Assembly (NCBI GenBank): GCA_021799085.1
Contig: JAJZBD010000006.1
Span: 13,477 to 77,476, forward strand
Direction: 5' to 3'
Length of the DNA: 64,000 bases
Source: Nanobdellota archaeon
GTDB lineage: Archaea; Nanobdellota; Nanobdellia; Parvarchaeales; Parvarchaeaceae
The notes beneath the pieces were generated by a model. That model searched no databases. It had not been told where the DNA came from and saw nothing but the letters and a program-made list of their open reading frames with translations. The position numbers were made by a program, and so were the translations under genes. Positions 10,490 to 19,405 of this stretch are shown piece after piece (position 1 is the first letter of the stretch; each line of letters begins with the position of its first letter).

Positions 10490-10783
10490 TTGTACTTATG
10501 CCAAAATATGAAAAAACGCAAACAATATAAGATTGGAAGGAAAACTCTGCTTTCCCTAGCGGTTGTTGGCTCTGCTGTCGGCATTGCGATAATAATTATA
10601 GTTGCATTAAACTATTCAAGTTTTTACGGGAATGGCTTCTATTATGGAAACGTAAAAATAGGGGGAAGCACACTTTCGCATGAGATAGACAACGATGTAT
10701 ATTTGATTGCAATAGCTTCTCTTCTAGTGATTTCCAGCTTATTCCTTATGTTTAGGGTTCTGAGAAACAAGCGCGGTTATTAG
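10490..10783 (+). CDS. Small 2-TM membrane protein (hypothetical)
   Basis: 97 aa; Lys-rich N-terminus then two hydrophobic helices; overlaps the convergent E1-like gene end by 45 nt. Confidence 0.3.
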   Translation: MYLCQNMKKRKQYKIGRKTLLSLAVVGSAVGIAIIIIVALNYSSFYGNGFYYGNVKIGGSTLSHEIDNDVYLIAIASLLVISSLFLMFRVLRNKRGY

Positions 10784-11674
10784 TCTTCCAGCTTCCTCTC
10801 TTGAGTAGCCAGTAAACAGAAAATCGCCGTCTAAAGAAACAAGCATTGATTTATTGTTTTGGTTAAAAATAAGATACTCTCCGTATAATATGCCGCCTGA
10901 AAGCCTGCTGCTTAATTCTTTTAAGTTCAGCTTTTTCCCATATGAAAATTTTATGCCTGAGGAACATACCTGCAAGAATCCGTCTTCAAAATTTTTCATT
11001 GCGTGTTTAACGCATACCTCGCATTCCATGTCCTTTTTAAGCATGCTACTTAAAACTCTTTTGTTTGAAAGATTAAATAACATGATCCTGCCGCCATCTA
11101 TTTTACTTGAAGCAAATTCGATTATGTTTTCCTTCAAAAACGAAACAAATTCATTTTTGGGCGCTGAAACGATTGATTCACAGCCCTCTTTTACGTGACC
11201 TATTGAATTCCTGAAGAGGCAGTTAAAGCAGGCGCTTTCTCTGTAAAAGAACAGGAATGCTTCCTTTTCATTCAAGGATACAAAAACCGCTGCCTTCCTG
11301 TATTTTACGCAGCCATTGTTTATTATTTTCCTACTGTTGACATTGTCGGTAAAATCTGCTATAATATCGTATTCTTTCATCGTTTCGAAGTCTTTTTCGG
11401 TGAAATATCTTTCATATCCTTCGTATTCCGTGCCGCTGTTCAAAGAATTGAGTTTGTTCACTGCAAAGGCCACCTTTGAAACAGGGGAAGAAAAGTCACA
11501 GCCTTTATAGAAAGGCTGTGTTATTAAATTGCTTTTTGATATTATGTCCCCGTCAAAAATCCCAACTTTTTTAAAGATTCCTTGGGAACTTTCAAGAAAG
11601 GCGGAACCTACTGCTCCTGCTCCTATAACAAGAATCGATTTGTTTTCCATTTTATTTAATTCGCAATAGCCCAA
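10739..11674 (-). CDS. E1-like adenylyltransferase, ThiF/MoeB/UbaA family
   Basis: 311 aa; Rossmann GxGxxG (VIGAGAVGS); DxD...SNL motif (FDGDIISKSNLITQ); two Cys pairs ~65 aa apart (CFNC ... CEVC) as in the MoeB/UbaA zinc motif. Confidence 0.7.
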   Translation of the reverse strand: MGYCELNKMENKSILVIGAGAVGSAFLESSQGIFKKVGIFDGDIISKSNLITQPFYKGCDFSSPVSKVAFAVNKLNSLNSGTEYEGYERYFTEKDFETMKEYDIIADFTDNVNSRKIINNGCVKYRKAAVFVSLNEKEAFLFFYRESACFNCLFRNSIGHVKEGCESIVSAPKNEFVSFLKENIIEFASSKIDGGRIMLFNLSNKRVLSSMLKKDMECEVCVKHAMKNFEDGFLQVCSSGIKFSYGKKLNLKELSSRLSGGILYGEYLIFNQNNKSMLVSLDGDFLFTGYSREEAGRLITALVSQNPKHKE

Positions 11675-11755
11675 AAATAAACTTATTTAAATACATAGTA
11701 TCTCTTAATGAGATAAATAAATATATTTATAGGATATAAAATTTTATTAAAGTGT

Positions 11756-12289
11756 ATGTACGAAATTATAACGTTAAGGGATAAGGTAAGGGTTGAGCCA
11801 AGCAAGCTGGAAGAAGACAGGAAAGAAGCCACTACAGAGATAATAAGAAAAAACTACATAGGAAAGATAATAGAAGACAAGGCTTTGCTCATTGGGTTAA
11901 TAGGCATTGATAGCATAGAGGAAGGAATAATAATACCAAATGACGCTTCAATATACTACGACACTATATTCAGGATGCTAGCATACCTGCCAACTTTACA
12001 CGAAACGGTTAAGGGGCAAGTAGTGGAAGTAAGTGAGATAGGAGCAATAGTAAACATAGGCCCGATAGATGGATTGGTGCACATTTCACAGACAATGGAT
12101 GACTTTGTTGATTTCTCCAAGAATGCACTTACTGGCAGAAGGACAAAAATGACAGTAAAAACGGGTGATACTGTAATAGCAAGCATAATAGCAGTTAGCA
12201 CTAAAGGAATAATGAAAGTGGGATTAACAATGCGTTCCCCCGGCCTTGGAAAATTGGGCTCAAAGAAAAAGGAGGCTGCTAAGAAATAA
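11756..12289 (+). CDS. rpoE: DNA-directed RNA polymerase subunit E' (Rpb7-like, S1 domain)
   Basis: 177 aa; N-terminal Rpb7-like domain plus S1 fold; conserved context upstream of spt4. Confidence 0.8.
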   Translation: MYEIITLRDKVRVEPSKLEEDRKEATTEIIRKNYIGKIIEDKALLIGLIGIDSIEEGIIIPNDASIYYDTIFRMLAYLPTLHETVKGQVVEVSEIGAIVNIGPIDGLVHISQTMDDFVDFSKNALTGRRTKMTVKTGDTVIASIIAVSTKGIMKVGLTMRSPGLGKLGSKKKEAAKK

Positions 12290-12291
12290 TT

Positions 12292-12477
12292 ATGGCATTG
12301 AAAGCATGCAGAGTTTGCAATTTTCTGACTGAAGATAGAAAATGCCCTATGTGCGGCAGCGAGGACCTTTCACTTAAATGGAAAGGCGTTGTTATAATCT
12401 CCGACAGCGAAAAATCTGCCATAGCAAATGCAATGAACATTGCAAAGAACGGAAAGTACGCAATTTCTGTTGAGTGA
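12292..12477 (+). CDS. spt4: Transcription elongation factor Spt4 / RNAP subunit E''
   Basis: 61 aa; zinc ribbon CRVC...CPMCG; conserved position after rpoE'. Confidence 0.75.
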   Translation: MALKACRVCNFLTEDRKCPMCGSEDLSLKWKGVVIISDSEKSAIANAMNIAKNGKYAISVE

Positions 12478-12782
12478 ATATGGAAGTTAAAATAAACTCT
12501 AAGATAAATGATAAGTATCTTGACAGGGAAATAATCAACTTCACTGTAAAATTAAAGAGTGGCGAGCCTGCAAAGATAGATGAGACTAGGAAGACTTTGG
12601 AAGAAGAAGAAAAAAATGGTTTTCTTGTTATTTACACCATAAAAAGCACGTACGGAAAAAATGAGGCAAAAGGTATAGCGCATGTTTACAAAAATGAGGA
12701 AATGGCAAAAAAGATACTGCCGAAATACATACTTGAAAAGAACGGTATAAAGAATGGAAAAGAAGAAACAGAAAAAAAGTGA
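12474..12782 (+). CDS. rps24e: 30S ribosomal protein S24e
   Basis: 102 aa; S24e-like sequence; ATGA overlap with spt4. Confidence 0.78.
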   Translation: MNMEVKINSKINDKYLDREIINFTVKLKSGEPAKIDETRKTLEEEEKNGFLVIYTIKSTYGKNEAKGIAHVYKNEEMAKKILPKYILEKNGIKNGKEETEKK

Positions 12783-12939
12783 AATCTGGAAAATGTACAA
12801 GATAGAAGGTGAGTCTATAACTAGAGTCAACCGTACATGCCCTAAGTGCGGCGAGGGTACTTTCCTTGCTGAACACGATAATAGATATACATGCGGAAGA
12901 TGCGGTTACACTGAATTTAAAAGAAAGGATAAAAATTAA
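12754..12939 (+). CDS. rps27ae: 30S ribosomal protein S27ae (eS31)
   Basis: 61 aa; C4 zinc finger CPKCG...CGRCGYT. Confidence 0.75.
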   Translation: MEKKKQKKSEIWKMYKIEGESITRVNRTCPKCGEGTFLAEHDNRYTCGRCGYTEFKRKDKN

Positions 12940-12964
12940 ATAAGCACTGATCCTTATTCTATAA

Positions 12965-13927
12965 ATGTATACTCTGGGTATAGAAAGCACTGCGCACACT
13001 TTTGGTGTTGGCATTTCTGACGATGAAAAGATAATAGCAAATGAAAGAGACACACTTAAGCCTGCCTCTGGTGGGATAATACCGAGGGAAGCGGCACAGC
13101 ATCATTTTAAATTTGCCCCAGAGATACTTAAAAGAGCGCTTGATAAAAGCGGGTTGAAGTTAAAGGACATAGACCTATTCGCATTTTCCCAAGGCCCTGG
13201 TATAATACCTTCTCTCAAAGTAGGGGCGCAGCTTTCAACTTTTTTATCAAAGAAATACAATAAAAAACTGATAGGAGTAAACCACTGCATAGCCCATCTT
13301 GAAATAGCAAGGCTTTACACCAAATTAAACGACCCGGTGATGCTTTATGTAAGTGGCGGCAACACGCAAATAATAACTTATTACAATGGCACATACATAG
13401 TATTTGGCGAAACGCAGGACATAGGCGTGGGAAACCTTATTGACAAAATAGGGAGAAGATTAAACATACCTTTTCCCGCAGGCCCTAAGATAGAAGAACT
13501 GGCAAGGAAAAGCAGGCACTACATTGAAATGCCATACAGCATAAAAGGCATGGATGTAAGTTTTTCCGGCATAGAGACATTCATTTCAAGATTGATAGGC
13601 AAGGAGAAGATTGAGGACATATCCTTCTCTCTGCAGGAAACTATCTTTTCAATGCTTATAGAAGCCAGCGAGAGGGCAATGTCATACTGCTTAAAAGACA
13701 GTTTAGTAATAACTGGAGGGGTTGCAGCAAACAAACGGCTGAATGAGATGGGAGAGAAGATGTGTAAAGACAGAAATGCTTCATTTAAGGCAATACCTAT
13801 GGAATTTGCCGGCGATAACGGCGCAATGATTGCTTATACAGGTTACCTTATGAGGGATTACATGCAAAAAGACCTTGCAATAAAACCAAGGTTTAGGACC
13901 GATACGGTGGAGATAAAATACAGGTAA
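12965..13927 (+). CDS. kae1: tRNA N6-adenosine threonylcarbamoyltransferase Kae1 (KEOPS)
   Basis: 320 aa; ASKHA fold; N-terminal GIESTAHTFGVGI; metal-binding His motifs. Confidence 0.9.
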   Translation: MYTLGIESTAHTFGVGISDDEKIIANERDTLKPASGGIIPREAAQHHFKFAPEILKRALDKSGLKLKDIDLFAFSQGPGIIPSLKVGAQLSTFLSKKYNKKLIGVNHCIAHLEIARLYTKLNDPVMLYVSGGNTQIITYYNGTYIVFGETQDIGVGNLIDKIGRRLNIPFPAGPKIEELARKSRHYIEMPYSIKGMDVSFSGIETFISRLIGKEKIEDISFSLQETIFSMLIEASERAMSYCLKDSLVITGGVAANKRLNEMGEKMCKDRNASFKAIPMEFAGDNGAMIAYTGYLMRDYMQKDLAIKPRFRTDTVEIKYR

Positions 13928-13929
13928 AT

Positions 13930-14625
13930 ATGCCAATGAATGCGCCCCAAGAATATTATGAATTGGAGGAAAGATACAGCAAGGAAAAGGACCTTGAAGA
14001 GAAGGAAAGGATACTTAAAAGGATGATGGTTATCCTTCCAAAGCACAAGGGAACTGATAGAGAGTTTGGATCATTGAAAAGAAGGCTTTCCTTGCTAAAA
14101 AAAGAGGCAAGCAGAAAGCCATTGGTTCACAAGGCAACTGCCATAAGAAAAAGATGGCCGAGAGTTTCGCTTGTGGGTTACAGTGATGAAAACGTACTAA
14201 AGCTGTTTAATCTAACAAGAGTAGACAACCTGCTTTACGGCATAGTAAAGATAAACAACGTTCAGGTGCAGATGCTCTCAATTAAGGACCCAGAAAAAAA
14301 CAAGGACCTGCTCCTGCAAAGCGAAATAATAATATCAAAGGAGAAAATAAGCAGGTACTGCAGCTTTCAGGTAATAAATGAAAAGATAGACGTGGAAAAA
14401 GCGCTTAAAGACTTTGGAGTCATAGGGGTTTACACTGAAAACTCAAAGGATGCCGTTGCAATGGAAAGGGGCGAAACAGTCAAAGACTTGGTTAAAAAAC
14501 TGCACCTTAAGACCGAAAAAAACGCTTATGCAGTGGTATTCGGCAAAAGCGCAAAATTCCAGGGCCAGAGAGTTGCTCTTTCGCATGTATTGGAGGATGG
14601 AGACAGAGTCTTCATAAAAACATGA
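13930..14625 (+). CDS. Drg/Obg-related protein with C-terminal TGS domain and eroded G-domain
   Basis: 231 aa; Drg-like N-terminus (HKGTDREFGSLKRRLSLLKKE, compare Drg KNKATEHHLGLLKAKLAKL); degenerate G1 VSLVGYSDENVLKLFNLT replaces G-PSVGKSTLL; TGS-like C-terminus (SHVLEDGDRVFIKT); ~130 aa shorter than Drg. Confidence 0.5.
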   Translation: MPMNAPQEYYELEERYSKEKDLEEKERILKRMMVILPKHKGTDREFGSLKRRLSLLKKEASRKPLVHKATAIRKRWPRVSLVGYSDENVLKLFNLTRVDNLLYGIVKINNVQVQMLSIKDPEKNKDLLLQSEIIISKEKISRYCSFQVINEKIDVEKALKDFGVIGVYTENSKDAVAMERGETVKDLVKKLHLKTEKNAYAVVFGKSAKFQGQRVALSHVLEDGDRVFIKT

Positions 14626-15218
14626 AAACGCTTGCAGTTGGATCCGAAGCTATTATATACGAGGAAAACGGCACAATAATAAAAAGAAGGGTAAAGAAAA
14701 GCTACAGGATAAGGGAGATAGACGAAAAACTCAGAAAAAGCCGAAGCAAGGCAGAATTCAATGTAATGCAGTTTCTCTACAAAGGCGGATTAAACGTTCC
14801 AAAGCCTTTGAAATACAACGAAGGTAAAAAGGAGATCTGGATGGAAAAAATAGAAGGGATACGGCTAGCAGAGAAATTTTCAGTCAACGATGCAAAGGAG
14901 GTAGGCATTGCGGTTGCTGAAATGCATAATTTAGGAGTAATACACGGAGACCTTACTACTGCAAACATTATTAGAAAAGATAAAAAGCTGTATATTATAG
15001 ATTTTGGATTGAGCTACCATTCATCAAAAGACGAGGATTTTGCAAGCGATATATTCCTGTTTAAAAACGCGTTAAAATCAAAGCACAACGAATTATATAA
15101 AGAAGCCTACTCCTATTTCCTTCATGGTTATAAATCCAAAATTAGAAAAGAATTTAAAGGAATAGATACTCATCTTAAAGATATAGAAGAGAGGAGGAGA
15201 TATAATGAAAGTTATTAA
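14622..15218 (+). CDS. bud32: KEOPS complex kinase/ATPase Bud32
   Basis: 198 aa; RIO-type kinase fold; catalytic loop VIHGDLTTANII; DFG-like IIDFGLS. Confidence 0.82.
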   Translation: MKTLAVGSEAIIYEENGTIIKRRVKKSYRIREIDEKLRKSRSKAEFNVMQFLYKGGLNVPKPLKYNEGKKEIWMEKIEGIRLAEKFSVNDAKEVGIAVAEMHNLGVIHGDLTTANIIRKDKKLYIIDFGLSYHSSKDEDFASDIFLFKNALKSKHNELYKEAYSYFLHGYKSKIRKEFKGIDTHLKDIEERRRYNESY

Positions 15219-15630
15219 CGTTAAGAACAGGTTCGTGCCTCACTGGCTTAATTACAAGCAGGAGGAAGTGGAACAGCTCATAATAAACAAGTCACAGAAG
15301 GGACTTACAAAATCAGAAATAGGCACAGTATTAAAGGATCAGTATGGAATACCTTCTGTAAAGGACATTACAAAGAAAAGCATAAGCACCATACTTAAAA
15401 GTAGGGGGATACAGGAACAATTGCCTGAAGACTTAATAGCTCTTTATAAAAAGGCAGTAAAGCTGCACATGCATGTTGATAAGATGAAAAAAGATAAACA
15501 TTCTATAAGAAGTCTGGTTGTTCTTGAAAACCGGATAAAAAAGCTCATTAAATACTATAAACAGACCAAAGTATTACCTAAAGACTATGAATACTCGCTT
15601 GAATCTGCAAGGTTGGTAGTAAAGATATGA
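15205..15630 (+). CDS. rps15: 30S ribosomal protein uS15 (S13e/S15P)
   Basis: 141 aa; alignable to eukaryotic S13 (VPxWL...KKGLTxSxIG...LPEDLxxLxKKAV...RLxxYYKxxxVLP). Confidence 0.8.
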   Translation: MKVINVKNRFVPHWLNYKQEEVEQLIINKSQKGLTKSEIGTVLKDQYGIPSVKDITKKSISTILKSRGIQEQLPEDLIALYKKAVKLHMHVDKMKKDKHSIRSLVVLENRIKKLIKYYKQTKVLPKDYEYSLESARLVVKI

Positions 15631-16163
15631 ATCAGCCCAATTCTTGGTACAAGGTAAAAGCCGTTGATTTTGACAACGCAGAGATAGGCAGCGTCTATGG
15701 AAATGAAGCTAACATACCAAAAAGATTGTTATTTGTAAATGCAAACAATCTGCCCGAGATAAAGACAAAACCAGGCTTTAAACTTGGCTTTAGATTAATC
15801 TCTTCGACTGAAAACACAGCGAATGCACAGCTTGAATCGCTTGTGCTTTCAAGAGAGCAGGTTGGTAGGATGGTAAGACATAATTCTTCAAAAATAGAAG
15901 TGGTGAGAAAGGTAAAAATAGACGAAAAGGAATATGCAATAAAGACATTGATAATAATAAACAAGGCAGAGAACAAGTACAAAAAATTCGTAAGAGCAGA
16001 AGCGGGCGAATTTATAGACAGCTTAGCCGAAAAGAAGAACTTAAAGGAATTAATTCTGGATGTTCTTGCTGGAAAGGTGCAAAACCAGCTTCATAAGAAA
16101 TTAAGCAAGATTTACCCAACAAGAGCAACTGAAATAAGGATGATAGAAAGTACTGGCAATTGA
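15627..16163 (+). CDS. rps3ae: 30S ribosomal protein S3Ae (eS1)
   Basis: 178 aa; C-terminal KIYPTRATEIRMIES matches S3Ae KIYPLxxVEIRK; ATGA overlap with rps15. Confidence 0.72.
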   Translation: MNQPNSWYKVKAVDFDNAEIGSVYGNEANIPKRLLFVNANNLPEIKTKPGFKLGFRLISSTENTANAQLESLVLSREQVGRMVRHNSSKIEVVRKVKIDEKEYAIKTLIIINKAENKYKKFVRAEAGEFIDSLAEKKNLKELILDVLAGKVQNQLHKKLSKIYPTRATEIRMIESTGN

Positions 16164-16271
16164 TTTCATTTTCCAAATGGTAAAAGGCAGTAAAATTCTG
16201 TTTTGATACTGAAATAGCAATACAAAAACATTCAGAGGTTATAGAAATTTACTAAAATATAAAAAGGATAT

Positions 16272-16799
16272 TTGCCTAAACTAACAATGGCTGAAGACCT
16301 AGAAAAGTTGCTGGAGGGCAACATGACTACCAAAAAAGGGCTTTTAACTAAATTCAAGGAACTTTATCATGAAAAGATTGGCTCTCTTAGACCTTATATA
16401 GCTTCTCTTGGTGCATTGTCCATTGGCGTTGCAAACTGGAGCAAGGATTTTGCTTACAATGCGAAGGTAGTTCTTCCTTTTCTGTATACTTATTTCACAG
16501 TTGGTGGACACGAATGGTACAACATAGCACTTGCTCAGGAGGGATTAACGATTGCTGGGCTTACTGCAACCGCTAATAACAGAGTAAAAACGGCAAAATA
16601 TGGATTTTTGTATGAAATTGGAAGCGTGATAAATTCAGTACTTTATTATACTACCGTGAATACACAACCTCTTGGAAATTATTATGGAGGGATATGGAAC
16701 TCAATATTTTATTTCTACCAAGTTCCCATTTTCTTCATGATGCTAAAAAATTATTTTGGAAGAACATCAAAGAATAACAAATCAGAAACAGAAGCTTAA
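16272..16799 (+). CDS. Hypothetical protein (175 aa), aromatic-rich, possibly membrane-associated
   Basis: ORF only; no recognisable motif. Confidence 0.3.
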   Translation: MPKLTMAEDLEKLLEGNMTTKKGLLTKFKELYHEKIGSLRPYIASLGALSIGVANWSKDFAYNAKVVLPFLYTYFTVGGHEWYNIALAQEGLTIAGLTATANNRVKTAKYGFLYEIGSVINSVLYYTTVNTQPLGNYYGGIWNSIFYFYQVPIFFMMLKNYFGRTSKNNKSETEA

Positions 16800-16831
16800 A
16801 ATTTAATTTATCGGCTGATTTTAAAAGTTAA

Positions 16832-16904
16832 TGGACTCGACGGGATTTGAACCCGTAGTCTCTCCCATGCCATGGGAGCGCGTTGCCAATTGCGCCACGA
16901 GCCC
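16832..16904 (-). tRNA. tRNA-Ala (anticodon GGC)
   Basis: Folded by hand on the minus strand: acceptor GGGCUCG/CGAGUCC with the G3:U70 Ala identity pair; anticodon stem CUCCC/GGGAG with loop AUGGCAU; T-arm ACGGG-UUCAAAU-CCCGU; discriminator A; no encoded CCA. Confidence 0.8.
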
Positions 16905-16963
16905 TTAACAAAGCATAAATACAATCTAAGAATAAAAACATGGGATAAATAAATATTGCTATT

Positions 16964-19309
16964 TTACCTATGTATATCCCTGCCGTATTTTTTAAGCCGG
17001 TAATCGATCCTATTCAATTCATTTTGCGCATCCTTAAGCTGTTTTCCAGACAGTTTTCCAGAACTTATTAAGCCAACCAAATTTTCACGTCTGCTCATTA
17101 AACCATTTACTTCTATTTGGTTCTGCATTTGGGCATCCAATTTTCCATTTTCATCTACAGGAGATTTATGAGAGAACCATAAAATAGGTTTCACCCTCTT
17201 GTCAAATGCGCTGCTTGGGCCTACAACACCAGGATTTACAGCCTGTGAACCTGCTTGCTGGCTTTTATTTGCAGCTTCTTCAGCTCTTTGTTGTTCGGCC
17301 TTTCTCGCAGCATCTAATTGAGCGTCTGCAAGCCTTTGATCCTCCTCTAATTCCTGTCTTCTCTGTTCCTCAATTAATCTCTGCTGCTCGGCTCTTTTCA
17401 AAGCATCTAATTGAGCGTCTGCGCGTCTTTGCTCTTCCAGCATTTCTTGTTTTATCTGCTCCTGCTGTTCCTTTATCAACCTATCATGTTCGGCTTGCTG
17501 TCTTGCAGCTTCCGCCAATTTCGCTTGCTCTGCTAACCTTTCCTGCTCTTGCCTTTCCATTTCTGCATGCATCCTTACGGCTTCTAATTGAGCGTCTGCA
17601 AGCCTTTGATCCTCTTTCAATTCCTCTCTCCTCTGCTGCGCTTGCTGGTTTCTAAGATTCTCCTGCCTTATCTGCTCGGGAGATTTTGGAACTATGGAAT
17701 TTGGATCTATTTTATCTGAAATTTTCTTAAGCTTTTTATCTATTTCCTTGATGCGCTTTGCTCTTGTAGAATCCGATAAATTAAGATTTGGATCTAAGTC
17801 GGCATTACGCTGCTTAAGCAAATCCAAAACCTCCTGTTGTCTGCTTTCTTTTGATGTTCTTCTTCTGAACATTCTCTTTGCTAAACTGTTAGTAGGAGGT
17901 ATACCAAAAGCGCCTTGGTTTACTGCGTTTGACATCTGGAAAATTTCATTGTTCTTTGCTGCTTCTTCTCTGGATTTTTGCAGCTCTTTTGCTTCCCTTC
18001 TTCTCTCAAAAAAGGACCTTTTGATAGTGCCCTCATTTTTAAGCCTACGCTCATACATTTTCTTTGCTTCTCTTTTTGAAGGAACTTTACCTAGCGCACC
18101 TTGGTTTGCTGCGTTTGCCAAATCAAAAAGATCTCCGGCCTGACTATTTCCAGTGTTGCTTATAAATGTATTTTTCTTGTTAAGATCTTTCTGATCTTTC
18201 TTCAATGCTCTTTTTTGCGACCATGACAGTTTGTAATTACTTTGAGCATTTGACTTTAAATTCTTTAAAGCCTGATCTCTTGAGAAAAAGCCGGTTAGTT
18301 TCTGCAAATCCCTATTGTTTGAAAGTTGTTTCTTGGAGTATTGCACCTGCGTAAGCTTTGTCCTATCGGCAACGTTCTTCCAGGCTTCATTTGCCAGTTT
18401 GTTTTTGAGCTGGGCCATCCTCAACTGCTCTTGTGGAGTAAGGCTGCCCTTTTTCAGCAGATCCCTATACTCTTGAAGAGTAGAAGAATTTGCCTGCTTT
18501 CTTTGTGCTATTGAAGAAAGCGCTTTCTGTTGCACCTTTGCCTCTTTTTTTGCTTGTTTATCCTCTTTTGAGAGCTTCGGGCCATGCCTCCCTGCCCTTC
18601 TAATTAGGAATATAACTAGGAGTATGGCAACAAACAATGGAACCAAAACTATTGGACTGAACAGGAATCCTGCAAACCCTGGTATTAGCAATGCAATCAA
18701 AAGAAAGACTATGAAAAGCAGGATAACCCTTAAAACTATATTGCTGTGCGTTTTTACCCCTCTTAGAAGTAGGATTATAAAGACGGCTACTGTAATTATT
18801 CCAAATACAAGCGGGAGTATGCTGAGTATATTTATGTGCAGTATTGAGTTTACAGAGTTAGTAAGACTTGTGTCATTTTCAAACAAGATTATAATAAGGA
18901 AAAGCGCAACAATTAAGCCAATCAGCCTTATAGACCTTGGAGACTTAACGGCAGCAAGCATTCCTAGTATCAATGCTATAAATGCCAGGACTATAAAGGC
19001 GTTTAGGAAGAAATGCAGCAAAGTGCTATCACTATAAAGGAGAAAGAAGGTTATAAGTGCAAAGATGAAGGAAATCGCTATTCCACCACTAGAAAGCTGC
19101 GTCCTATCCAAAGCTATTGCAAATACTATAAACATCACTATTGCGAAGAATCCTGCATAGATGTAGGAATTACCAGAAGATAGCCCAGAAAGAAATGAAC
19201 CACTTGAAGAGGAGGTAGACGGAGGAGGTATGCCTGCCTGTGCATGAACTAACGATACCGAAAACACTGATAATAAGAGCAAAATCACTACCAGATGACT
19301 TATTTTCAT
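16964..19309 (-). CDS. Membrane-anchored charged coiled-coil repeat protein (signal peptide, ~7 TM, then ~500 aa E/Q/R/K-rich repeats)
   Basis: 781 aa; N-terminal MKISHLVVILLLLSVFSVSLVHAQAG; hydrophobic core; repeated EDQRLADAQL(E/D)A and NA(V/A)NQGA(F/L)G motifs; near-identical ~55-bp DNA repeats at ~17314 and ~17581. Confidence 0.6.
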   Translation of the reverse strand: MKISHLVVILLLLSVFSVSLVHAQAGIPPPSTSSSSGSFLSGLSSGNSYIYAGFFAIVMFIVFAIALDRTQLSSGGIAISFIFALITFFLLYSDSTLLHFFLNAFIVLAFIALILGMLAAVKSPRSIRLIGLIVALFLIIILFENDTSLTNSVNSILHINILSILPLVFGIITVAVFIILLLRGVKTHSNIVLRVILLFIVFLLIALLIPGFAGFLFSPIVLVPLFVAILLVIFLIRRAGRHGPKLSKEDKQAKKEAKVQQKALSSIAQRKQANSSTLQEYRDLLKKGSLTPQEQLRMAQLKNKLANEAWKNVADRTKLTQVQYSKKQLSNNRDLQKLTGFFSRDQALKNLKSNAQSNYKLSWSQKRALKKDQKDLNKKNTFISNTGNSQAGDLFDLANAANQGALGKVPSKREAKKMYERRLKNEGTIKRSFFERRREAKELQKSREEAAKNNEIFQMSNAVNQGAFGIPPTNSLAKRMFRRRTSKESRQQEVLDLLKQRNADLDPNLNLSDSTRAKRIKEIDKKLKKISDKIDPNSIVPKSPEQIRQENLRNQQAQQRREELKEDQRLADAQLEAVRMHAEMERQEQERLAEQAKLAEAARQQAEHDRLIKEQQEQIKQEMLEEQRRADAQLDALKRAEQQRLIEEQRRQELEEDQRLADAQLDAARKAEQQRAEEAANKSQQAGSQAVNPGVVGPSSAFDKRVKPILWFSHKSPVDENGKLDAQMQNQIEVNGLMSRRENLVGLISSGKLSGKQLKDAQNELNRIDYRLKKYGRDIHR

Positions 19310-19405
19310 ATTTTAATATACCTTTTATGAGTTATAAATTTAGTTTTTAGAAAGGTTTTTAAATGAAAAGCAAGATTTAAGAATTGCAGATTACTATATT
19401 ATAAA

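Noticed and set aside
12552-13053. Minus-strand ORFs 12552..12830 and 12628..13053
   Set aside because: Antisense to the tightly packed, conserved rps24e/rps27ae/kae1 genes; low-complexity F/L-rich translations typical of antisense AT-rich DNA.
17206-19037. Plus-strand ORFs 17206..17655, 17694..18143, 18624..19037 opposite the coiled-coil repeat gene
   Set aside because: Antisense to a 781-aa ORF with coherent domain structure; their repetitiveness simply mirrors the sense-strand repeats.
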